Positions 1 through 9,179 of a DNA stretch of 64,000 nucleotides are shown here, piece by piece. The stretch is from a virus (taxonomy: Duplodnaviria; Caudoviricetes). The translations under genes were made by a program, and so were the position numbers. Each line of letters starts with the position of its first letter. Position 1 is the first letter of the stretch. The stretch lies in the IMG/VR virus record IMGVR_UViG_3300014205_000180, positions 1 to 64,000 of that record, one strand, 5' to 3'. The notes beneath the pieces were generated by a model. The model was given only the letters and a program-made list of their open reading frames with translations. It had not been told where the DNA came from and searched no databases.

Positions 1-108
1 ATTTGGCCTAAATTAGATGACAATAGATGGATTTTGAGAAGAAAACAAGTTGGAGCTAAAAAATACTTAAACCCGTTATTATTTAATCCGTATGTCGATG
101 ATTTATAA
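1..108 (+). CDS. 3' end of a hypothetical protein running in from outside the window
   Basis: Frame 1 is open from base 1 to TAA at 106-108 (IWPKLDDNRWILRRKQVGAKKYLNPLLFNPYVDDL). Confidence 0.5.
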   Translation: MWPKLDDNRWILRRKQVGAKKYLNPLLFNPYVDDL

Positions 109-126
109 ACCTTATAAGGACACACT

Positions 127-393
127 ATGAAAACAATGATTCTTCCTTTAGTTTTATTAGTTGTTGTAATATCAACAGTAACTACGTCTTTTTCATTAGT
201 AACGCAAGATGTTAAGTTAGATGTTGAGCCTACCCCAATGCCTAGAGTAATGTGCGCTGGTGAATTTAAGATAGCTTCTAATATTCGTGCATGGGTAGCA
301 ACGATTCCTACTGGAGAGCGCATATTGGTAACTGCCAATGATAGTAATGGTAGTTCAACGATATTATTGTTACCACCTTTACCTAAAGAATAA
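127..393 (+). CDS. small secreted or membrane-anchored hypothetical protein
   Basis: 88 aa with a hydrophobic N-terminal signal-like segment; AAGGA SD upstream. Confidence 0.7.
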   Translation: MKTMILPLVLLVVVISTVTTSFSLVTQDVKLDVEPTPMPRVMCAGEFKIASNIRAWVATIPTGERILVTANDSNGSSTILLLPPLPKE

Positions 394-395
394 CA

Positions 396-857
396 ATGAA
401 AGTAGGAGGCGTTGGAGTTGGTCAAGCAATAGGCCCAGCAATAATATCTAGAAAAGCAGTGGAATTGATGGAAATTGATTATGAACAATTGCTTGGAAAA
501 TTAAAAAAACATTTAAAACGCATAGAACACCCAGATATATTAACAATAAGATATTTTGTATTTGATTATTTGTATCCACCAAAAAATAAAAAAGATCAAC
601 ATGGCCGATTTTTCGCAGATATAAATGATTCATCAGTTATAAAAGTTGTTAATGTATTATATGATTTAAGTCCACGTGTTAAATTAATTATTGATAATAA
701 TACAGATAAATTGAATGGAGGATATACAGGATTATTACCACGAACGATCACTATTCCAAAAATTAAAAAGCCATTTCCGAAATTTCCAATTTTCAATGAA
801 ACCTTCGATAATATCGACAGCAAGGTAACTGATCTTTTAAATATTGACAAAAAATGA
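396..857 (+). CDS. YE-scaffold family protein (paralogue 1)
   Basis: IDYEQLL and VVNVLYDLSP motifs shared with about 10 local paralogues. Confidence 0.7.
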   Translation: MKVGGVGVGQAIGPAIISRKAVELMEIDYEQLLGKLKKHLKRIEHPDILTIRYFVFDYLYPPKNKKDQHGRFFADINDSSVIKVVNVLYDLSPRVKLIIDNNTDKLNGGYTGLLPRTITIPKIKKPFPKFPIFNETFDNIDSKVTDLLNIDKK

Positions 858-1171
858 AATATCGAGAGCTTGATTATGGTTGGTTAATGTCAGAAATCAT
901 GAAGAAGTATGCAGAGAATAGACTATCTGATAGCATATTATCAATAATTAGGAGAATATTAACAGAAAATAAAATAATATTGGAAGATGGCGGGATAGGT
1001 GATGTGGTAGCCATTCTCATTCCATTAGATGAAACTGGAGCTATTAAAAAAATAGTTGAACATGAATATACACATCCATATATCCCATTAATGTATACAG
1101 ATTCAGTTAAGATCGCTGATACCACACGTCAAAGTTTAGAATCAAGATATGGAGTCAAGACATCCCGATAA
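854..1171 (+). CDS. YE-scaffold family protein (paralogue 2)
   Basis: LDYGWLM and VVAILIPLDE motifs; ATGA overlap with the previous gene; tail HPYIPL. Confidence 0.7.
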   Translation: MKYRELDYGWLMSEIMKKYAENRLSDSILSIIRRILTENKIILEDGGIGDVVAILIPLDETGAIKKIVEHEYTHPYIPLMYTDSVKIADTTRQSLESRYGVKTSR

Positions 1172-1493
1172 GCAATTTGAATATATCTTTTGCTCTATAT
1201 GGTGTTGAAACTACTGATTTAACTATTTTTTCAAAAAAGAGTGTATTATATATCATGATTTTATAATACAATTCTGGTTTCAATTCCTGCAAGACTTCTA
1301 ACACCTCTTCTGCACGGTCCCATTGATCTAATACTTTAGAACCGCCAATCTTTGGATTTTTACCTTTTTCTAATACTAAGACTATCAATGCTTCTGGCTT
1401 CATCACCCCAACATGCTTAGAATATTGTCCTTCAAGGTCACGGATCAGATCTTCATAATTTACTTCATGAAAATTGATCATGCTAGTCAGCAT
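1155..1493 (-). CDS. YE-scaffold family protein (paralogue 3)
   Basis: VNYEDLI and VLEVLQELKPE motifs. Confidence 0.7.
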   Translation of the reverse strand: MLTSMINFHEVNYEDLIRDLEGQYSKHVGVMKPEALIVLVLEKGKNPKIGGSKVLDQWDRAEEVLEVLQELKPELYYKIMIYNTLFFEKIVKSVVSTPYRAKDIFKLLIGMS

Positions 1494-1632
1494 TTATATA
1501 AGCAATTAGTTCCTCACGTGTCATGCTAGCAACTCTGTTTGGAATATAAACATACCTGTCATATCCTGAATCTGCCATAATTTCTTTGGCTTCCTTCTCA
1601 AGCTGTTTTCGTGACATGCATTCGATGTTCAT
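1483..1632 (-). CDS. 49-aa hypothetical protein (not in ORF track)
   Basis: ATG at 1632, open to TAG at 1483; fills the gap between co-oriented genes. Confidence 0.45.
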   Translation of the reverse strand: MNIECMSRKQLEKEAKEIMADSGYDRYVYIPNRVASMTREELIAYINAD

Positions 1633-1633
1633 A

Positions 1634-2632
1634 TTATGCCTTTGTGCTGTCTCTAACTATCACTTTATATTGACTGCGACCATGTGACCACTCAACCGGA
1701 CCAACCCAGGTTGGGTGAATATGAATGACTGCCCAACGCTTATTCTTGTAGCGTTCAGCCTTTAAAATCTTGGTGTGACCCCTACGCAAATGCGGGGTAG
1801 GGCTGGCATGTTCACCACCCTTGCTTTCAGATGGCGGTCTAATAATGTGAACCTTCATCGGATCAATCATTAAGACTTTTGGCCTGTCATGAAACCGTGG
1901 GGTCTTAACATGCTTATTACATGGCTTGACATGGGCTGGAGTGTCCACTACCAGATAATGTCTAGGCAGATTGATGTAGTGCAGTTGATCAAGTGCGCAA
2001 TCAACTGACGCCATGAAATCGCCTTTGACAGCACGATTGTACAGATCGTCGCCAACTTCCATGCCGCTATTAGGAATAGCTAATCTCTCAGCACTAGTGA
2101 TTGGAATTACGCTCTCAGGGATTGATTGGAATATAGCTTTATCTTCCTGATCCATGATACCAATCCATGCCATTACATCACCATCAACAAAATAACGCCT
2201 AATGTTGCCTTCAGTTGGGCGTGAAATTTGAATCTTACCAATAATCAGGCTGAATGAACCAATATGAACTTCATCCATCGCAGCATTGCTACAAAATGTG
2301 ATGATATTAACATCACGATAAATATTATGACCATCAATTACCTTATCGCCTTCCTCATAATCTGTAGCGTCAAATAATAGCACTACTCCCATAGTATCAA
2401 CTAATAGGCAGCTATCAAAAGGCATAGGCGGTGGCAGTATGCGTTGTTCATGTGTCAGATTTCTAGCAGTTTCTAGTACCACCTTTTCGCGTTCGGCATC
2501 AAATGTGAACATTGGTGAATTATCAATTAAATTGCAAATCCTCTTAGATGCTTTAGATGTGTTAATAGCAGGTCTGATGATCTTATCACAGACACGGCAA
2601 AAACGATTAAAAACATCTGTTGACGTAACCAT
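1634..2632 (-). CDS. conserved phage protein with C-terminal HxSPxxHxRRGH motif
   Basis: HASPTPHLRRGH...IHPTWVG motif typical of a widespread phage family of unknown function. Confidence 0.7.
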   Translation of the reverse strand: MVTSTDVFNRFCRVCDKIIRPAINTSKASKRICNLIDNSPMFTFDAEREKVVLETARNLTHEQRILPPPMPFDSCLLVDTMGVVLLFDATDYEEGDKVIDGHNIYRDVNIITFCSNAAMDEVHIGSFSLIIGKIQISRPTEGNIRRYFVDGDVMAWIGIMDQEDKAIFQSIPESVIPITSAERLAIPNSGMEVGDDLYNRAVKGDFMASVDCALDQLHYINLPRHYLVVDTPAHVKPCNKHVKTPRFHDRPKVLMIDPMKVHIIRPPSESKGGEHASPTPHLRRGHTKILKAERYKNKRWAVIHIHPTWVGPVEWSHGRSQYKVIVRDSTKA

Positions 2633-2649
2633 ATTAGTTTATAACAAGA

Positions 2650-3264
2650 TTAACGTTTTCCTTTAATATGATTCCTGTAATCATTGATACTATTATCAAG
2701 ATGGCCTTCATATTCGGTACTGAAATTTAGACCTTTAAGCTCATAGCAATTATCATAATTTTTGGCTTGGAGGTCTAAAGTATCGACCAATGCAATATTA
2801 ATCTTTGTGTGATCGAATTCAGGAATTGTTTCAATTGTCTTATTTGTCATACCTACACAAATTAATGGCCGATATAAAATGTTATATTCTTTATTTAATT
2901 CTTTATCGAATTTATTACCATACATGATAGCAGCGTTTCTTTTCATTCTTTCAACACTATTCTTGATGTTTGGATGGACACTTATGACATAACCATCATT
3001 AAATTTCTTAAACATGTACATGAACCAATTCTGGTAATCGCCTTCGCACCATTCAAGCAAATGATCGTAGACCGCTTTAGCATTATCGATAATTAAATTG
3101 GCTTGGGTTCTATTATTACTTGTATCTTGTTTCCATAAGACACCAATTGGCATTGGCGATTCAAAATCTTCCCATTCTTTTAAGATCGCAAAGTTATCGT
3201 CTTGTGAATTGTCGATAACTTTAAATGTTCCACGAAACAATGGAGTATAACCAAGAATTATCAT
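2650..3264 (-). CDS. hypothetical protein
   Basis: 204-aa ORF with GGAGG SD and TGTTATAAA motif upstream. Confidence 0.7.
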   Translation of the reverse strand: MIILGYTPLFRGTFKVIDNSQDDNFAILKEWEDFESPMPIGVLWKQDTSNNRTQANLIIDNAKAVYDHLLEWCEGDYQNWFMYMFKKFNDGYVISVHPNIKNSVERMKRNAAIMYGNKFDKELNKEYNILYRPLICVGMTNKTIETIPEFDHTKINIALVDTLDLQAKNYDNCYELKGLNFSTEYEGHLDNSINDYRNHIKGKR

Positions 3265-3300
3265 AATGCCTCCAATTCTTTATAACAACAATCTGTATTA

Positions 3301-3519
3301 CTATAAATGGGCGTGCGCTCTTGCTCTTATATCTTTATTAGTCTTATCCCAAGATTTTTCATCCATCGGCACTATTTCACTAGTACCGTCATTGTTATAA
3401 AACACATGCGCTTTAATCGATGGCTGATTCACCAACTTTGCACATTTACTACACATTAAACTATCGAGCAATTCGATACGCTCTTCTTCTACTTCATTGC
3501 CACAAGCACATTTTCTCAT
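3301..3519 (-). CDS. DksA/TraR-like C4 zinc-finger protein
   Basis: CACG-x-EER-x-LL-x-CSKC spacing; paralogue at 42366-42611. Confidence 0.55.
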   Translation of the reverse strand: MRKCACGNEVEEERIELLDSLMCSKCAKLVNQPSIKAHVFYNNDGTSEIVPMDEKSWDKTNKDIRARAHAHL

Positions 3520-4013
3520 GAATGTAAAGCTAAATGCATTACATCAACGCATTCATTACAGCAATGAACAGTATTGTCCTTGTTAGACATTAAGCGTTTG
3601 AACTTACTGTTATCTCTACCACAATATGAGCATTTGTAGTTAGTACGTATTTTAACATATTCATCAAGACCTATCTCAATAATTTTTATTGCATGCATTA
3701 TTGATGAACCATGCATGGCTCCTGAACAATCATTATGACAAGCAGCCATGACTGCTTTTTCCATTTCGCCATTAGTAAGATCATTAACTTGATCAACTGT
3801 AGAAACTTGCTTTGTGATAACTTTTTCTTTAACAATATCTTTAATTGGATCTAATACTTGTAATGCAGCATACATCATATTAACACATGTTGCTTCATAT
3901 CCACCACCAAATCCGCTAATCTCTCTACAGCTTTTTGGGATTGGATATTTAGCTCTAATAGCTTCCTGACCAGGAAATGGCGGGACTATTCTTGTATCAG
4001 GAGCATCATTCAT
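3516..4013 (-). CDS. hypothetical protein with C-terminal ClpX-type C4 zinc-binding domain
   Basis: CSYCGR...KRLM...VHCCNECVD resembles the ClpX ZBD (CSFCGK...KLI...ICDECVD). Confidence 0.6.
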   Translation of the reverse strand: MNDAPDTRIVPPFPGQEAIRAKYPIPKSCREISGFGGGYEATCVNMMYAALQVLDPIKDIVKEKVITKQVSTVDQVNDLTNGEMEKAVMAACHNDCSGAMHGSSIMHAIKIIEIGLDEYVKIRTNYKCSYCGRDNSKFKRLMSNKDNTVHCCNECVDVMHLALHS

Positions 4014-4014
4014 G

Positions 4015-4416
4015 TTATTTGCCTTTATTTTTTGTTAGTATATTTTCAACTTCTTTTATTTTGTCATCATATAATTTAACAGCTTGTTCACGTGTGGGCT
4101 TTTCACCTTTTGGTTTAAAAATCATGCATGAATAAAAACATCCGTTCGATTCAGTTTGATTTCTAGATAACGGGCAGCACTGTCTTTTAGTCGAATATTT
4201 GATGTCTACTCTATTTGGCTGATCTGGCCATAGATAATCTTGTGGATCTGGCCAACCACTCTTATCACCGCAGCACATACCCCATGAGCAATGTGTATGT
4301 TTATTGCCAATTTCTTCACTATCTTCATGCTTAAGCTCTGCTCCATTAGCAATTAAATCACGCATACGCTTAAGGAACGCTAAATAACGATCATCACTTA
4401 GATTAATGTTTTTCAT
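4015..4416 (-). CDS. Cys-rich hypothetical protein
   Basis: 133-aa ORF with CSWGMC, CCP and GCFYSC motifs. Confidence 0.65.
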   Translation of the reverse strand: MKNINLSDDRYLAFLKRMRDLIANGAELKHEDSEEIGNKHTHCSWGMCCGDKSGWPDPQDYLWPDQPNRVDIKYSTKRQCCPLSRNQTESNGCFYSCMIFKPKGEKPTREQAVKLYDDKIKEVENILTKNKGK

Positions 4417-4557
4417 TTGATCTTTCTAAATCTTCTATGTTTAAACGTTCATTTATTAATTTATATAATTCGTCTGAACGATGCAACATATATTTCCCAA
4501 CTATCAGCCCGCCAAATAAGAAAGCCATCAAATGGCTTAATATTAGAATGACTACGA

Positions 4558-4815
4558 TCATTGTTTGTGCGTTTCGTTTTTTATTTTATCTCTAACTTCT
4601 TTTGGTATCAAATGAGTTGGCCATACATATGTTCTACGACAACGTGATGATGACCATATGATATCACCATTTTTTGATGTTGTAAAACTACCATTATGAT
4701 TAATACATATATAATATTCTGTTTTTAAGCCATCTTTAGCTATATGCGGTCCACTTAATATTCTAAGTTGTCGTGGTATTCCTTTACCACGATATGGATT
4801 ATCGAATACTATCAT
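4558..4815 (-). CDS. hypothetical protein
   Basis: 85-aa ORF in a tightly packed minus-strand run. Confidence 0.55.
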   Translation of the reverse strand: MIVFDNPYRGKGIPRQLRILSGPHIAKDGLKTEYYICINHNGSFTTSKNGDIIWSSSRCRRTYVWPTHLIPKEVRDKIKNETHKQ

Positions 4816-4816
4816 A

Positions 4817-5047
4817 TTACCAATCTGAGTGCTGCTTTTGGCCGGGTGGCTTTATCATTGTCGCAACATAATGATAATATGCACTAGCAGATGATGGTGC
4901 TTGGCATACTTGAACGCTGCCAACTAATCTTTCATTTTTCTCATGAACACGAGTATAAACTTCGCTCATAATATCTTTAACACTAAATCCATCATGTTCT
5001 AGCACTGTATATATGCCATAATCATTAATTCTTACCTTTTCGCTCAT
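4817..5047 (-). CDS. hypothetical protein
   Basis: 76-aa ORF with AGGAGA SD. Confidence 0.6.
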   Translation of the reverse strand: MSEKVRINDYGIYTVLEHDGFSVKDIMSEVYTRVHEKNERLVGSVQVCQAPSSASAYYHYVATMIKPPGQKQHSDW

Positions 5048-5086
5048 GATTATCTCCTATGACTTTATATTATAATTGTACGTTTA

Positions 5087-5416
5087 TTAAATATTAGTAT
5101 TTTCTGTTACTGTAAATTCAACTGATGCTGAAATTATTACTTCAAGTCCACAATGTTCACAAGTGTGAGTCTCTGATGCTCCATCCCATGAACTCATATC
5201 GTCATTACCACCTAATCCAGTAAGGCTAATTTCTTTTTTGCATTTTGGGCATTTCGCATACCCAATATTTTTTGTGTCTTTCACTATATTGAAATACCGT
5301 ATTTTAAAATCATGTATAAAAGAATTCCAATAACCGCTGCAAAAAGAATAGCTAAAGATTACGATAAAAATCAAGTTATAATTATAACTTGGGATAAAAA
5401 ATATGGCAGAACTCAT
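5087..5416 (-). CDS. small zinc-ribbon protein (true start probably internal, near VKDTK)
   Basis: CPKC...CEHCG pairs; the N-terminal part overlaps the plus-strand gene at 5312. Confidence 0.5.
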   Translation of the reverse strand: MSSAIFFIPSYNYNLIFIVIFSYSFCSGYWNSFIHDFKIRYFNIVKDTKNIGYAKCPKCKKEISLTGLGGNDDMSSWDGASETHTCEHCGLEVIISASVEFTVTENTNI

Positions 5417-5539
5417 GTTACTACTTATGGTAAATCAATTGAAGAATGTGAACAAGCAGCAGCTGGCGGCAACTTTATTAAAAAAGCATTGGGATGGCCA
5501 GATAAATTATGTAGAGCTAAACCAAGTCGCGTAAAATGA
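5312..5539 (+). CDS. conserved phage hypothetical protein
   Basis: IPITAAKRIA...THVTTYG motif; GTATTTT motif upstream. Confidence 0.65.
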   Translation: MYKRIPITAAKRIAKDYDKNQVIIITWDKKYGRTHVTTYGKSIEECEQAAAGGNFIKKALGWPDKLCRAKPSRVK

Positions 5540-5793
5540 TTTATGAAAATGGATTCAATAATTTAAAAATTGATCAAAACGTTAAAATGTATTATTGGAT
5601 ATTAGATAATAATAATGGTGATTTATTTAAAAGATATCTTGTAGAAACAACTGCTACCGATTCGATAACTCTTGGAAGTAATGTTACTGTTTTATGGTCT
5701 GGAATTGATGGAGTGGTTGCTTATAGGATGTTATATTTAATCCATGGTGGTCATGATGTTAAACAAGTTATTGAAAGTTTAGGATTAAAATGA
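5536..5793 (+). CDS. hypothetical protein
   Basis: 85-aa ORF overlapping both neighbours. Confidence 0.55.
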   Translation: MIYENGFNNLKIDQNVKMYYWILDNNNGDLFKRYLVETTATDSITLGSNVTVLWSGIDGVVAYRMLYLIHGGHDVKQVIESLGLK

Positions 5794-6419
5794 AACGCAA
5801 CGAGCAGCCGGTTATAACCATATCAACAGACCCTATTGAAGCTATTCGTTATAATTTGCGTTCTGCCGCCGATGCGCTGATGGCTGCTGGAAAAATCTAT
5901 GTGCAAGAGTTGAATGTCGATCCGACGTTCCGCGATCGTTTGCGTAAAGCCATCCCAGAGTTGACTGCCGGATTTCTGGCAGCCCTTGAAAAGGTTGGAC
6001 TAGGAGCCTTAGACCCTCGTGTGCTGTATGACGGCTGTCCATGTCCGACATTGGTTGCACACCTCCCACCTTCCGAGCAACGTAGGTTGATCGAAAAAAC
6101 TGTGGAGCTTGCGGATGAGCACGGAGGGAGTCAGACTGTGTGGTTCCGTGATCTGTCTCCATTCCAGGCGAGGCAAATACTGTCATCGGACGGCATTCGC
6201 AGTGTTTCCGAACAAGTTTCCTACCTGAAGAGTTTGCGGATCGTCAAGAGCAAAAACACCATGGATCAGAGTCGGCAGATTGTTACGAAAGACAATCAGG
6301 TAGCCGCCGTTCAGATCGATACCAAGCGTGGCCGAGTGATGATTTCCAGTGCTCCCGTGACATTCACTGCTGATGACCTTCGTGCTCTGATCCGGGAAAT
6401 AGAAAATGTGCAGCGATAG
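5790..6419 (+). CDS. hypothetical protein in a GC-rich insert
   Basis: 209-aa ORF, visibly more GC-rich than its flanks. Confidence 0.7.
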   Translation: MKRNEQPVITISTDPIEAIRYNLRSAADALMAAGKIYVQELNVDPTFRDRLRKAIPELTAGFLAALEKVGLGALDPRVLYDGCPCPTLVAHLPPSEQRRLIEKTVELADEHGGSQTVWFRDLSPFQARQILSSDGIRSVSEQVSYLKSLRIVKSKNTMDQSRQIVTKDNQVAAVQIDTKRGRVMISSAPVTFTADDLRALIREIENVQR

Positions 6420-6936
6420 GTATAAAGAAATCGCAGCATTTGAGGAACAGGTCTCAAAAGCTTTGTGGAAAGCGCGATCAGGTGATGAGGTAGGAGCAAA
6501 ACTGTATCGTACAAAATATGGCCCAGACCGTGGTGAGCCTCATATCCTAGAAAAGAATTCTTCATTACCAAGGCCAGAATGGATTGTAAAAGGGACCTCG
6601 TGCCATTACGAAATCTCCATCATTGTATGCGAAACAACCGCGCAATGGGCTTTTGAGAATGGATTCACACTAGAAGAAATTGCTCGGTGGTGGAGTATGC
6701 AGATTCGACCACCAGCCACCGTGCGGGACGGATGGCCCTGGTCAGCAAAGGCCCGTTGGGCTGAAGGCAGGGTGCGTGCCAATCGGAATGCGCAGTATGA
6801 AGCGCAGTGGAGAGAACGTAACGGAATAGAGCCGATTGGAAAGACCATGGCTCGCAAGGAAGCCATCAAGAAGAAGAACGCACAACGGCATCGTCAACGG
6901 CGACAGGCGATGGTGGACGCTATTATAGGGACTTAG
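6406..6936 (+). CDS. basic hypothetical protein in a GC-rich insert
   Basis: 176-aa ORF overlapping the previous gene; Arg-rich C-terminus. Confidence 0.6.
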   Translation: MCSDRYKEIAAFEEQVSKALWKARSGDEVGAKLYRTKYGPDRGEPHILEKNSSLPRPEWIVKGTSCHYEISIIVCETTAQWAFENGFTLEEIARWWSMQIRPPATVRDGWPWSAKARWAEGRVRANRNAQYEAQWRERNGIEPIGKTMARKEAIKKKNAQRHRQRRQAMVDAIIGT

Positions 6937-6974
6937 CCAAATTATAGAAAATGTAAATAATAAGGAGATAAATC

Positions 6975-7199
6975 ATGAGTGAATTAAGCTACAAAGTAAC
7001 TGCAGCTATGGCGGCAATAAATAATGCACCATGGGCTAAAAACGCTAATAAATTTTGTTTAACTTGTAACGGAAATACCAGAAATCTAAATGAAGCCGAA
7101 TTAGAAGAACTTTTAAATCGTTATAGAGCAAATGGTCGTGCTGATGTTAAAATTGAAACTAAAGAAAATGGTCAAAAGTTTATATTAAACTTCGTATAA
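6975..7199 (+). CDS. hypothetical protein
   Basis: 74-aa ORF with AAGGAGA SD. Confidence 0.65.
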   Translation: MSELSYKVTAAMAAINNAPWAKNANKFCLTCNGNTRNLNEAELEELLNRYRANGRADVKIETKENGQKFILNFV

Positions 7200-7406
7200 T
7201 AATGAATAGTTAGTTTCTATTTCAGAAATTTCTTTATGTGTGGCCTGATTATCTAAATATTCTGTTATTTTTTCACGAACAGATTGCCTATAATAATTAA
7301 CATCAATTGTTACATAAATATTTCCACTGATATTAACTGTTTGTCTTTCTCTATTCTTAAAATGTGCATGCATCTTTTCATAATCTAAAGTAATACTTAA
7401 GCTCAT
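7185..7406 (-). CDS. YE-scaffold family protein (divergent paralogue 4)
   Basis: LDYEKM motif; second motif poorly conserved. Confidence 0.55.
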   Translation of the reverse strand: MSLSITLDYEKMHAHFKNRERQTVNISGNIYVTIDVNYYRQSVREKITEYLDNQATHKEISEIETNYSLLYEV

Positions 7407-7657
7407 ATGATGGTTATTTCATCCAAATCGAGGTTTGAATGAATTTTTGATAATCTCTTAATTTCTGGATCAAGATCGCATAATATATCCAATACTTTAC
7501 CCATAGCTGTTGTATCAATATCGCCATTTATACTACCCTCATATGCGAGTTCTCCAGTTGTTGCTAAATATGTATACAAATCGTAATATCCAGTCGGATT
7601 CATAGCTTTTATCTCAACAATCAATTTTTCATAATTTATTTTAACTATTTCTACCAT
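7403..7657 (-). CDS. YE-scaffold family protein (paralogue 5)
   Basis: INYEKLI and VLDILCDLDPEI motifs. Confidence 0.7.
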   Translation of the reverse strand: MVEIVKINYEKLIVEIKAMNPTGYYDLYTYLATTGELAYEGSINGDIDTTAMGKVLDILCDLDPEIKRLSKIHSNLDLDEITII

Positions 7658-7705
7658 GACATTTTATATTTATTAACAAAGTATTGTAAACTGTTATAAA
7701 ATGGT

Positions 7706-8053
7706 GTGAGCTATCCATTCTATGTTATTCTCAAAGATGGTTGGTGGATGGTTATTGCCAGCCCGCTTAAGCGTGATATTAGACATACCACGCTATGGGA
7801 ATTAATAGTCGCTAGAATGGTGGCTATTGAGAATTGCTTAAATTATAATGATATTAAGAATCTGCCATATTCGCAGATTAGGGGGAGAGTTGTTGATAAC
7901 GTGATTTACTATGGCGACGAATTTACTGCCGAACAAAAGGAAGTGATCAAGAATACACTTGGCCAATTTGTCTACGTTTATGATGAACATGAAAAAATGA
8001 CTGAATACGATATTGAAGTGTTTAATAGCCTCAAAAATAAGGCATGCGGTTAG
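7706..8053 (+). CDS. hypothetical protein
   Basis: 115 aa, GTG start just after TGTTATAAA; RGRV and DEHE motifs. Confidence 0.65.
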   Translation: MSYPFYVILKDGWWMVIASPLKRDIRHTTLWELIVARMVAIENCLNYNDIKNLPYSQIRGRVVDNVIYYGDEFTAEQKEVIKNTLGQFVYVYDEHEKMTEYDIEVFNSLKNKACG

Positions 8054-8625
8054 AATTTATTAATGAATCGTTGCTTGCCGCCGAAGCAGAAATAACTGAT
8101 ATTAATAAATTACAAAAATCATTAGGTATTAATTTATCCGGTATGCAAGAAATAGGCCATGGTACGATGGCTACTGTTTATAAAATTGGAGATAAAGCTT
8201 TAAAAATCACTAGGGATAATAAAGATGTAATTCATACTGTTAAAGCTCAGAGAATTAAGAGTAATAACGTTGTTAAAATTCACAGACTGTCTAAGGATGG
8301 CTTGAGTAGCGGTACTGCAATGTTGCTTGATTTTGTTGATGGACCACTTGCACCATTTTCTACTGGCGAATGGCATGCCTTAATTCAAGGTTCTGGGATT
8401 GATGAGTTATCAGATGCTGTTAAATTAATATTAACTGATAATAAAGGAATAAGAAATAAAATTTTAACAGATCACGGCTTAAATGATAACAAATCAAGAT
8501 CTAAGATTAGCGAATTATTTAAAACTTTAAGATCACTTCAATCAATTGGCGTCAACATTGACGATCTTGGCGATAATATTATCGACACTGGTGATCGGTA
8601 CGTTTTGATCGACCTCGGGAATTAA
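8044..8625 (+). CDS. protein kinase-like fold protein
   Basis: Gly loop IGHGTMATVYK, ALKIT lysine, catalytic-loop-like DDLGDNI and DFG-like IDLG. Confidence 0.7.
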   Translation: MRLEFINESLLAAEAEITDINKLQKSLGINLSGMQEIGHGTMATVYKIGDKALKITRDNKDVIHTVKAQRIKSNNVVKIHRLSKDGLSSGTAMLLDFVDGPLAPFSTGEWHALIQGSGIDELSDAVKLILTDNKGIRNKILTDHGLNDNKSRSKISELFKTLRSLQSIGVNIDDLGDNIIDTGDRYVLIDLGN

Positions 8626-8839
8626 TCCCTAATACTTTCGGGCTGTGATCTAAAACTAGTTTATCTCCAATTTTATAAAGTGCCGCAAATTCATCAGTTA
8701 TTGTGACTGATAAATCACAGTGCCATATATCATAATAAGTAAATTTTTTACCAATTTTGGTTCTGAATTTAAGTCCAAAAAGAGTTTTTGTTAAAACTCC
8801 TTTTATTCCTTTAGCTTGTCTTAAGTATTTTCTGCTCAT
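8579..8839 (-). CDS. hypothetical protein
   Basis: 86-aa basic ORF ending a minus-strand run. Confidence 0.6.
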   Translation of the reverse strand: MSRKYLRQAKGIKGVLTKTLFGLKFRTKIGKKFTYYDIWHCDLSVTITDEFAALYKIGDKLVLDHSPKVLGINSRGRSKRTDHQCR

Positions 8840-8841
8840 TT

Positions 8842-9177
8842 TTATTCCTGTGCTGTTATTGTAAGTGGCTTATTATCATTCAATGGTGGTAATACCACTA
8901 TCTTTCCAGTAACATCAAATGTGATTGTTATATGATCTACAGGAGGAATGTACCAACTACATTCTATTTCACGTATGTAAGGGTCTAATTCCATTAAAAC
9001 CTCAATGATTTTATCAATGAACTTACGATCATTTGGATAAATATCCTTTATTACACGTGTCAATTCTGCACTATCTCTTGGTTGTTTAGCTTTAATATAT
9101 TCTATAAGCTCTTCATAATTGACATGTAAGTGATTAGGTTTTTCATAATTGATATGTAAATGATTTAATTCGTACAT
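8842..9177 (-). CDS. YE-scaffold family protein (paralogue 6, duplicated N-terminal motif)
   Basis: NHLHINYEK-P-NHLHVNYEELI tandem duplication; IIEVLMELDPYI. Confidence 0.7.
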   Translation of the reverse strand: MYELNHLHINYEKPNHLHVNYEELIEYIKAKQPRDSAELTRVIKDIYPNDRKFIDKIIEVLMELDPYIREIECSWYIPPVDHITITFDVTGKIVVLPPLNDNKPLTITAQE

Positions 9178-9179
9178 GG

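Noticed and set aside
8842-8960. Tail-sheath-like C-terminal motif (YIPPVDHITITFDV) on a YE-family protein
   Set aside because: The resemblance to sheath C-termini is too short and degenerate to support without a profile search.
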